DNA of 64,000 nucleotides from Saprolegnia diclina VS20. Taxonomy: Eukaryota. Below, in pieces: positions 24,801 through 34,748 of the stretch. The DNA is taken from assembly GCF_000281045.1 (NCBI RefSeq), contig NW_008246070.1:586954-650953 (forward strand), given 5' to 3'. Position numbers and translations under genes: made by a program. Every line of letters begins with the position of its first letter. Within the stretch, counting starts at the first letter, position 1. The notes beneath the pieces are model-generated. The model saw nothing but the letters and a program-made list of their open reading frames with translations. It had not been told where the DNA came from and searched no databases.

Positions 24801-25775
24801 CTTGAGACCGTGCAGATCGCGCCTTTGGTCGTCGAGGCAGTACCTGCAGTCGTCGAGGCAGCACCTGCGGTCGTCGAGGCAGCACCAACGGTAGCCGAGT
24901 TCTCGCTGCCGCCGAGCCAGGCATCAGGATTCGTCATTGATCTCGACGAGGAGTTTGACGACGGCCTCTTTGGTGCCGCTACAGTTCGTGTCGCAGCTCC
25001 ATTGACGACAACGTCCGCTCAAGAGTCGGCAGAGTCGGCAGCCGCATTAGCATCGACAGCAACGAACGCCGCTTCGATGTGGCTCTTCGACGAGGACAGC
25101 GGGCGTAGCTCCACGAGCTCCTTCGCTCCTGTCGTCGCAACCGGCAAACCGCAAGACGAACCCTCTGTGTCTCTCTTTGACGAAGCGTCGTACGTGCGGA
25201 TCGAGGCGGCTGACGTGCACAGCTCGCCCGAGATGGTCGGCGTCGCAACCGACGCTGCTGTACCGCCGCTCGAGAGCAACTTTGAGTCGTTCTTTTCGTC
25301 GCCCGAGCCGCCGTCGAGTGTCGTTGACATTAGCATGGACGATGACGCGGCGGCCGTCGACGGTGACGACGACCCGACGCCCGACGCCGACGCCTTCAGC
25401 TTTGAGCGCAAACCCACCAAGAAGCGGGCGACTGCCGTTGCGCCGGTTCTCGTGCACCGGCCGTCCAAGCCTTTTGGCGTCGACGAGGACAACGACGGCG
25501 GGATCCTCCTCGGACAAGACGCTACGCCACCCACGAATGCTGTTCCTCTGGAGCCGGACGACGTCGACGTGCTGGCCAAGGTCGACAACGCCGAGTTCGA
25601 TGCGTCATGGCAGGCGATGCAGCAAGACGAGAAGGCGCGCAAACAAAACGTTCTCAAGCGTCAGCGCCAGCTCCAAAAGCAAAAGCTCAAGGACGCCGCC
25701 GAGAAGAAGGCCGCCGAGAAGGAGAAGAAGCCCAAGGCCTCCAAGAAGAAGCACGATCGGAGTACGACTAAATAA
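21806..25775 (+). CDS. FYVE zinc-finger protein with long disordered acidic tail (2 exons)
   Basis: MSSGD, then an intron at about 21821-21866, then WVDD...CHVC...F....RRHHCRTCG...C..CS...RVC..C. About 1250 aa of low-complexity tail ends in a coiled coil. Confidence 0.88.
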
Positions 25776-25795
25776 TAGATATATCTACCTAGCGA

Positions 25796-28470
25796 CTAGT
25801 CCAACGACCCGCATTGGAGACGACCTGTGCGCGGCAGGTGTTGCCGATGACTCGCGAGGAGCCACAAGGTTTGGAAACGCGCTGCAATCTCTTGCACCGA
25901 GAGGCGTTTGGCCGGGTCCGCCGCCCACCCGTTCTCGAGTAAATCGACGCAGTCGGGTGGCAGCGTCAGCGGAATCGTCGGCCGGCGGCCTTGCGTCACC
26001 TCCGTATACACTTCAAAGTGCGATCGGCCTTTCCACGGATTGCGACCCGGCGCCAGAATGTGCCAGAGCGTCATCGTCAAGCTGTACACGTCGGCCGCCG
26101 TGCCATACACGGCTGATGCCGGCCGGCCCCCCGAGATCATTTCAGGCGCCTACGATCCAGATCTGAGTTTTCAGATCGCAATGTACGAGAATACAGTACC
26201 ATGAAATCGACGCTACCGACGACCGTCATCGTGCCGTCGTTCTTGGGCCGCATGAGGTTGCTCTCGCCAAAGTCGCTGAGCTTGAGCATCGCGTCCGAGG
26301 CTAGGAGAAAGTTGGCTGTCTTAATGTCCCTACGCCACGCTTCGATCGATACATGCACAGAGAAGGATGGAGCTACCGGTGCAGCAGCGGTGGACTAAAG
26401 CTGTGGAGGTATGCGACCGCGCGACATGCGTCCAAACACGCTTTGAGTTTTGTGGGGAGGTCCCACTCGGTCGTCGAGCGGTTTTGCGCGAGCAAGACGA
26501 GTTCGAGCGACCCCCATTCGCAGTACTCGAACACCAAGCAGATGGCCGGCGGTACGACGCAGAGCCTATTGTTTCTTACAACTCAACGACAACAAAATAC
26601 AAGAGGACGCGGTACCCGTAAAACCGCACAATGTTGGGGTGCGAGAGGCCAATGTTGAGCGACGTCTCCTTGGAGAAGCGGCGCACGTCGTCGTCCGTGA
26701 CGAAGAGCGACGTGTACATCTTGATGGCGACGGGCACTGCGTCGCGTAGCGTTCGCTGCATCGAGCCACGGAGCACAACCGCGGTTGCGCCTTGGGCGAC
26801 CACCGACTCGAGGTCCAAGAGCGAAAAGTCAACCATGCTCTAACCGGTCGGTTGGCTTTGTACGAAGCTCGAGTCGGTACCTTCTTGAACTCTTCGATCA
26901 TGTAGTGGACGTCGTAGACAGACGTGCGCGTCGAGAAGGAAGAGACCATGCCTCTCTCTGCAATCTACGACCGCGGATTCGCACCAATGACAGGAATGCT
27001 TTCGGGTGCGTACGAGGCGGAGGTACAACTTGGCCGGATCTTTGGTGTGCAGCGAGTTGTAGTCGATGCCGAGCCAGTACTTGGTGTCGGCCTACACGGC
27101 CGTGAGCTCTAATGGTTACTAGCCAGCGTACGCGCAAGGTGAGCATGATGCCAAGAATGCCAAAGCAGTCGATGAGGTTGCCGATGACTGTCACAGTCAC
27201 GTAGAGGTAGTAGTACATGTCATCTTCGTCCGGCGACCGGATCAAGAGCATCACGGGCGGTCTACAGCGTCTGTGAGATTGAAGCTACGGAAGAGGTTCA
27301 TACAGAATGCCGACGAGGGACGACGCGACAAGCACAATGTAAATGTAGTCGAAGGACGCGCGCGAGAAGCTAATGAACTTGGCCCACGTGTAAAAGCCGA
27401 TCGAGACGGCGTGGAAGACGATAAAGAAGATCGCAATGTGCCCCTTGTCCAGCACCATGACGCTGAGCAGGACCGCGCTGACTAGCGTCCCACGTCAACA
27501 ACTCGCAAATACGCAAGTAGGCAAGTACCGGCGCCCGAGAGAAGCATAGAGCGCTGCACGGCTGCCTTGGAAATAGATTTCTGCACCATGAGAATCGGAA
27601 GGAGCTGCATGATCCTACATAACTGCAATGAGGCAACGACAGCGAAGCGTGTACGAGAGCGCACCACGAGGTCGGGAGGTAGATGAGAAAGCAGGCGGCG
27701 CCGCGGTGGGCCCAGATCGTCTGCATAGAAACAGTGATTGAGACGGCCATGACGCTTATGCTGTAGACAGCGACGACGAGGAGCGTGAACCACACCATGT
27801 CGTAGCATGGCAAGACAAACACGGACGCTACGTGTGGCATCAGTATCCCTCCTTCAATAGCAGTCGACGCACTGAGATTGGTGTTGTTGGGGTTGGCGAG
27901 GATCTTGCGTCGCGTCGCCCTGCACTGCACAGCGAGAAAGGCCGAGACGACAAAGATGACGAGGTAGTTGCCGAGCGTAAGGATCGTGCTGAGCATCTTG
28001 ATGTTGGATTCACTCGCCGTGTCCTTGACCGTGGCGTTCCACTCTGGCAGGAGGCAGAGCATGTGGGCGCCAAAGTGGATGTTTGTGTACCGCTGCTCGT
28101 CGATGATGTATGTGAGCGCGAAGGCGGCGGCGAGCATGAGCAGGATCGCGACCAGCGTCGCCCAGAGCACGGACGCGTCCCAGTTGGAGCGAAGACGCTG
28201 CCAGAGCTGCATGTCGCAGCGCCACTGGGCACAGAGGCGCCTCGAGCGCGTTGACGGTGGCATCTCGTGGCCGTCGCCCACAGCCGGGAGCTGGCCAAGG
28301 CCCGTTTGAAGCGATTTGACCGAGTCGAGGAGCAGCGTTTGGTTGGCATTCATGTAGAGGCTCACACTCTCAACGTGGCTGCGCGTGCCAAAGTCCATTG
28401 TGAGGTACTCGTAGTCCCGGAAGGGCGAGAAGGGCGACCCGCCCTGGGGCGGCGGCGTCGCGCCCAGCAT
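25796..28470 (-). CDS. Multi-pass membrane (GPCR-like) TKL protein kinase, paralog B (multi-exon)
   Basis: Same exon structure and motifs as paralog A (NWDA.VLW.TL, KI.ANPN..NL, FVLPCY, MVQKSISKAA, ADTKYWLG), with an intact kinase domain. Confidence 0.88.
26003..26731 (-). repeat. Inverted repeat arm 2 (729 bp, kinase core of paralog B)
   Basis: Reverse complement of 20498-21226. Confidence 0.93.
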
Positions 28471-29653
28471 GGTGCAAAGTCGCGAGAGCCGGTGAAATGA
28501 TTAGCTAATCACCTTCCGGTGGAGACATTGGACACTGGTGATTGGTCAAAATTTGTGAGACGATGGGATGCCATTGGCCACTGTGACGCGCCAAAGATTT
28601 GCGGTTCTTCACGGAGCGGACGATCTCAATGATCACCGCAGTAGCCACCACATCCAATGCTCAACTTCCTACTTCAGGTCGAGTAGAACACTTCGAGAAA
28701 GCCCACTTGTGGTCTCCAAACACTCTACTCCTGTTTGCTCGCTGCTCTAGACGACCACATCAAGCGACCGGGCTACTCGCACTGTGCGGTAGCCCGAGCA
28801 CAACGTAGCAAAGACGCGGGTGTCGTCGCTGGGCCAACCCTTAGAACGGGAGCGCCTCTTGAGTTTTTCGATACCAAAACAGTGTACGTCAAGTTCTGAA
28901 CCGTCGACAAGAGGTTGTGTGGTGCAGGAAATATGTCATGCAGGTAACGTCGACAGCGCTACCCCAAAATGGCGCCACCCTTAAGAATGGTTCTACAAGT
29001 GAGAGTCTGGGCTCAAAAACCATATTGATGGTCTTTCAAGCATGTGTGGATGTAGGTGCGCACGCATTTGGTTAACGTTATGGGTGTTAACGCCCCCTTC
29101 TCTTCGCGCTTGCCGTTCCCAGTATATGGTGCACCAGTAGAGACCACACGGCAAGTTCTGAGCGGAATAGCCACAACCTTTAGAGAGATGTATGGCGGTA
29201 CATTCTGCCAGGTTCTTCTCACGTCTCATCTCGAGAGAAGCTCGCATCGACGGCGTCACTCTCATGGCATGTCCAGCCCATCATTCGACTCGGTGGACAA
29301 TATCATCCAATCCACGCGCTCGTTGGATGGAAAAGGCCAGCAATGCCTTCTTTTACACCAATCCTAGCAGCGTATTGGTACAAACGATCGCTTTGCAGCG
29401 ATTCGTCACGTTCTATTGGCTAAAATACCCGTTGCGTGTGAGTGCTGGTCGTTTTGGCCTCGTTTTCACTTGATTACACCGTGGCCGGTCCTGGATCCAA
29501 AAAAATACAAATACATTTTTATTTACATAATCGCCTTTCAACTATACAAACGTATGCAATACAATAAAGAGGCGTCACTTTGCCACGATATAAAATTGAA
29601 TTCGGTCGCGGCCAGACGCCACGGACATCATTTCCCAAGACCAAGGCCGCAGC

Positions 29654-31160
29654 ATGGAGCACGACCACGACGAGCAGGAGCATGCGAGCCCGCGGGCGAC
29701 CGGCGCCGAGGCCCTCCCGGAATTCTATGGCGCTGTACGTACCATCCTCCAGGCCATGCCCATGGACATGTGACCTAGGGCTACCTCGAATCTCAACCCG
29801 ACCAGTACGCCCCGCGACAGCCGACCGCGGCTTACCGCCACGTCGCCGTCGCGAAACAATTCCAGTCGCGCCCGTTTGTAAGCCGCCGCATGTGGTAGCG
29901 ACGAGGCCGCTCATGCGTGCGCGTAGGGCGTGGACGCCACGTCGTACGATCCGCATTACAACATGCTCTACCCGCCCCACGGCGCCACGTCGCCAATGTT
30001 CGCAGGCGCAGGCAGCATTGACACGCCGCTGTTTTACACCGGGCCCCCCAAGAAGCCGGCGTTTGATGTGTTCCTTGGCAGCGACGTGCCCAGCAGCGAA
30101 GCGGCACCGGAGGCGTCGTATGCGCCCCGGACCGAAGGGCTGACAGAGCAAGGCGTCGAAATCCCGCTGACGGACCCGAACCCAGTGTACCACGTCGTGA
30201 ACCCGTCGTTCACGTCGGTGTTGAGCCCGCAGGACACGTTGTACCGTCTCGAGCAAGTCATGCTCAACCTCGAGTTTGCCTACGAGAAGAAGATGCCGTG
30301 GCAGGTATGGCATCGCATCTCTGCTACCGTTGTCGGACACCACTGTTGGTAGTTGGAAGTGCACGGTCTGCTCTGCGCCGAAGAAGTCACGTTCCGGCTC
30401 AGCTTGACCAAGCCCATCGACACCCCGGACGTTGTGCAAGTCGACAGCTACCTCCTCGAGGTATTTCCCATCGCTCTTACGTGGTCATCGGTCGTTATGG
30501 CCTGGTATAGGGCGACGAAGGCCACTTTCTTCGGCTGTTCGATATAATCCGAAGCGAGTGCAGCGCCTTTGACAAGGACGCCCTCGAGGACACGTACGCG
30601 CCTACATATCGGCCGTGCACTCATGCCCATATAGGCGCCGCATCTTGCGCAAGAGCGACGCATGGCTCAATATTGACGCGATGCCCGAGGTCTTTCCAGG
30701 CTCGGGCGCCGTCTCGGACGATATCATTACCGAGTACTGCGAGGACTTCAAGGGTCTCGTCCACACGAGCCTCGAAGACACGCGCAGCTGTTACGCTCGC
30801 CTCGAGATGGCCAAGGCCATCAAAAATTGCGTTCTCGTCCCGAAGAACCGGTTGACGATTTTGAGCGACTCGAATCTGTGCAAGCTCTTTTGCGAGACAC
30901 TCCAGCTCATGGTCATCGATCGCCAGACGCCGCTCACCCAGTACGCCGTCTTCATCGTCTACCAATTCCGCGACTCGCTAGAAAGCATCAAGCAATGGTG
31001 CGACCACCATCGGCAACATGATCGCTTACACAAACTCACTAGGATCAACACCGACCCGTTCCTGCGCGCCATGTCCAAGACGTCGTCAGCGACGTCCAAC
31101 TCGGTACCCCGCATGAAGACGATCGCGCGCACCTTGCGACAAGAAATGGGCGCGTGTTAG
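29654..31160 (+). CDS. Hypothetical protein (multi-exon)
   Basis: Coding-like exons are joined by GT..AG introns (about 29735-29778, 29878-29926, 30305-30352, 30461-30510, 30594-30634, 31014-31043). No family recognised with confidence. Confidence 0.65.
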
Positions 31161-31177
31161 GGGCTAGCTTTCATATC

Positions 31178-32454
31178 TTAATTAGTACTTCTATGACAAA
31201 TCTCGTCGAGTTCGAATTCCGCCGTGTGAAGCGTATAGATGTCGATCTCGCTGACGCTGCCACCGGCTTGCACAAAGCTTTGCGTGCTGGTCTCGACAAA
31301 GTCAGTCGATCCAGCAATGTAGGCATGCCAGCCTGCCACGTCATAGCTACAAAGCGCGGTGGGTGCATCGACAAGTGCAATTTGGCACCGAGCCCACGGG
31401 ATGTCGTCGAACGGGTGCTCGAAATACGGTATGGACTCAGAACCGCTCTGCAACCAGAGCACGTCGCAGTCGATCGACGCAGCGTGGAGGGCGCGCACGG
31501 TCGCAAAGAAGGGTGCGCCGGCCGCGCCTTGGCTCAGAAACAGCGCCTTCCGAGGCAAGAACGCCGGCGTGTCGAGCTCCCAGTGCAGGCTCGAGACGAC
31601 CCAAAAGACTTGCAACGTCGACTGCAACGGGGCATTGCAGAGCCACTCGGAGACCTTGTCGACGTTCTCCACGCACACCTCGATCTCTCGCGAGTTTGCG
31701 TCGTACAGACTCGTGAGCGCAACCACTGCGCGGACCTCTCCGATCGCGAGCGGGACACCAACGACAACTGCGTCGCCCGGGTGGTACCGCAGTGGTAAGT
31801 CGACCGCAATCCGCAGCCGATAGACGTTGGATGCGATGGCGTCGGTCGCTACGATGTGCGCGTCGACGCTCGGCGCCAGCGGCGTCACGGGCGTGCTCAA
31901 GATCACAGGCAGCATCAGATAGTAGACAAAACAGTAGGCGTTGAGGTACGCGGTCTTGATCTGCTCCGACCACACCGGACCACTCACCGCTTCGAGCGTC
32001 TCGAGCAAAGTGAGACCGACGTCGGCGTAGTGCTCTTTGCATGCGCCGTAACTCGCGTGCATGGTGGCGAGGCGCTGGGCGGTCTCGACAACGTCATGCG
32101 ACCGGATCAATGTCGCCAGCGTGTGCACCATGCCCGTGATGGACTTGCCTTGCAGCGTCATGGACGACCGGAAGAGGCGCCGGGCGCTCGGCACGCGCGC
32201 AAAGAGCTTGGCGTAGAAGGTCGTGTGAAAAAACTTGACGGGCGTCATGTGCTTTTGCGGTAGAAAGGCGGGCGAGCCGGCCGAGATGGTTGCCCAATGC
32301 TCCCGGATGCGTCGTCGGCGTGCGTCACGAACGGCCGCTTGATCGCGAGCGGCATGTCTGGCTCGTACCCGCGCGCAAAGTCGTCATGGATGCCAATGCC
32401 GTCCGGCGTGGTGTAGATGAGGCTCGCGTCCTCCGTCGAGACGATGCCGCCCAT
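31178..32454 (-). CDS. Globin plus FNR-like protein (flavohemoglobin/nitric oxide dioxygenase-like) with an apparent frameshift at about 32309
   Basis: Globin: FY..LF...P....LF, Q.......V..L, LA..H..YG...EHY..VG..LL.TL, AY..AY. The C-terminal part resembles FAD/NAD-binding domains (YHPGD, KVSEWL, GAAGAPF, YIAGS..FV). The 5' ORF 32245-32454 is in a different frame. Confidence 0.8.
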
Positions 32455-32665
32455 CTCCCGAAATGACGCTTTCGAAGGTCGCAGATCTACACGCAGTTAC
32501 ACCCGTCGCGCAACCGGTTGGTACCTTGGTGGCATCAGCGGCATAAACTTAAGAAGTACTAGTAGTACATTGTATGCACTTGGTGCAACAATGATACCGC
32601 CGATTTGATTGACATAGAGGCTTGCGATGGACGGTGCTTCTATCCCGAACGAGGTCTATACTACG

Positions 32666-32745
32666 CTCCTAAGCTCCTGAGCTCCTAAACTCCTAAACCC
32701 CTAAACTCCTAAAATCCTAAACTCCTAAACTCCTAAACTCCTAAA
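32666..32745. repeat. Telomere-like 8-mer tandem array (CTCCTAAA)x10, TTTAGGAG on the minus strand
   Basis: Units read directly: ctcctaag ctcctgag ctcctaaa ctcctaaa cccctaaa ctcctaaa atcctaaa ctcctaaa ctcctaaa ctcctaaa. Confidence 0.92.
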
Positions 32746-32758
32746 GCAACGCAAGCAA

Positions 32759-32988
32759 GCGACAGCCGCCGGTAAGGATGGCAGAGCCCGTGGGCCGAAT
32801 GCTGCGATCTCCTCACCCCGACGTAGCACAAGGCTACCCCGACCCGGCGGCGGTGCTCAACTTGCGCTGGTCTCAGCTTGCAGGAGTCCGCGACAACCGG
32901 CGGTAAGGATGGCAGAGCCTGTGGGCCGAATGCTGCGATCTCCTCACCCCGACGTAGCACGAAGGCTACCCCGACCCGGCGGCGGTGC
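32759..32988. repeat. Direct repeat of a 98/99-bp GC-rich unit (32759-32856 and 32890-32988)
   Basis: Both copies read gcgaca.ccg.cggtaaggatggcagagcc.gtgggccgaatgctgcgatctcctcaccccgacgtagcac(g)aaggctaccccgacccggcggcggtgc, with 3 substitutions and a 1-nt indel. Confidence 0.92.
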
Positions 32989-33456
32989 GGACCCCTGCAA
33001 AATGAGAAATGAATGAATCCTCAGTGGCTTTTTCGCGTGTAAAGGCGTCAAAGTGTAAAAGCATGGTGTAGAACCAATGTGCACAGTCCCAAGTTCCTTG
33101 CCGCCCTGTCGCTCTGCGCAAGGTTGCAGCTAACAGTTAGCTCGACGTATGAATTTGGCGTGTTGCCACGTCATGAGACAAAGTGAGCATCCCGTTGTAT
33201 TGCCAGGACTGCTCCCGACCTATCGGATGCATTTCGCTGCAACGTAGTGCGTGAGATTATTATAATGCGAGATATAATGTTACCGCGTGCGATGGTGCGC
33301 CTGGCGAGCTTGGCGCGAGCTAGCTCCCTTCAACTTTGATGTGCAACGTGTTTTGTCCTACCGGAAGCTTTGTCTAATCCCGGTAGGAGCGAAAATGGGA
33401 TCATGGGATCCTGGGCCTAGTTGAAGGGTTGCAAGCAATTGATCAAGGTGTTGGCC

Positions 33457-34340
33457 ATGGACGATGCCGGCGGCTGCGAGGTGGCCCGGATCCTCGGCGC
33501 TCGGTACGGCGACACATAATGGCCGCCGTGATATCTAAGCTCATGGGTATAGACACCACTTTGCCGTGCTTGGTCTTGACCGCGTCGAGTTTGCCGACCT
33601 CGCGACCGTCCGGAGGTACGTGGTCGTCGCCAGTGTGCTGCCTCTGACGGGTACATCGCTAGGCAATACAAGCTGCTGGCGCGCGTTGTGCATCCGGACA
33701 AGAGTGCCCATGCGCGTACGTATCAACTGCACATATAGAATGCTCACCGGGTGCCATAGAGGCGGAGGATGCGTTCAAGAAGCTCAGCATCGCGTACGAG
33801 TGCCTCGCCGACGACGCGAGCCAGACGCAATACCTTGCGTCGATCACGTCGTCGAGCAAGAAGCGGCGACGAGGCCAGAGCAACGATCCGCCGGCCAAGC
33901 GACCCGCGCCAACGACGCACATACGGATGCGCACGCCCGACGAGATTTACGCCGCCTTCATGGCCGAGGAAGAGCGACAAGCAGCCGCCGAGTTCCAAAA
34001 GCACGGGTTCGAGCGGGTGTTTATCGCCTCGCCCAAGCACAAGACAAAGCGCGTCGAGACGCCACTGCCGACACCAGAAGACCATCGCCGGGAAGCGCTG
34101 CTCGCGACCGACTTGGAGGCCAAGCGCGGCGGGTGGGCGTCGTTCGCGTCCGGCAAACCGCCGAATACCTCAGAGGCCCCAGCTCCATCAATCGTGGCGC
34201 CTCCACAAGTCGTCACACCGGCCTTCCACTGTCTGCTTTGCCGGCGCAAATTCAAGTCGCGCGACGTCCTGGTGCGGCACGAGGCCGAGTCCGAGCTGCA
34301 TCAAGCAAACCTCGCCAAGCAGGCACAGCGAGCCACATGA
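33457..34340 (+). CDS. DnaJ-domain protein with C-terminal C2H2 zinc finger (4 exons)
   Basis: HHFAVLGL, QYKLLA..VHPDK (HPD), AEDAFKKLSIAYECL. C-terminal CLLCRRKF.....L.RHE..SELH..NL resembles RBM5/10-type fingers. Confidence 0.85.
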
Positions 34341-34748
34341 TTGCACAAGGGCCCTCAACTACACCACTCGATCGCGGTGGTCGTCATAACCTGTGCAGGA
34401 CGAATTGCCTTGCAGAGTATGGCGCGAGTACCAAGTTATATGTATTTTCCAACAACGCCGGTTCCTAAACCAGTAAAATCTCGGTGGCAATCACCCCACT
34501 GCTCTCGTACTCGTTGCGTGTGTGTTACAGGAATCACAAATTGCGCTGGCCCAAGCTCTGCTTGGGCCAGCGGTCCTCGATCGAAAAGATTGCTTCAGCA
34601 TGCTACGGCGTCTTTACGACAGAAGCACAGGGTCGTATCGAGAGCTAGGACACGTCGTTCGAGCTACTCTGTGGGGAAACGTCCAAAGCCATGCGGTCGC
34701 ACTCGTGGCACCACGTGCCGCCGGCCTATATTTAGCCGGGTGTTGCGC

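Noticed and set aside
28600..29600. Long intergenic region with short ORFs, possible transposon remnant
   Set aside because: No recognisable transposase or RT motif, TIR or LTR.
32759..32988. Repeat unit as a tRNA gene, HDV-like ribozyme (TCCTCAC) or CRISPR repeat
   Set aside because: There is no T-arm/B-box or cloverleaf, the bases flanking TCCTCAC do not form P3, there are only two copies and no cas genes, and the context is eukaryotic.
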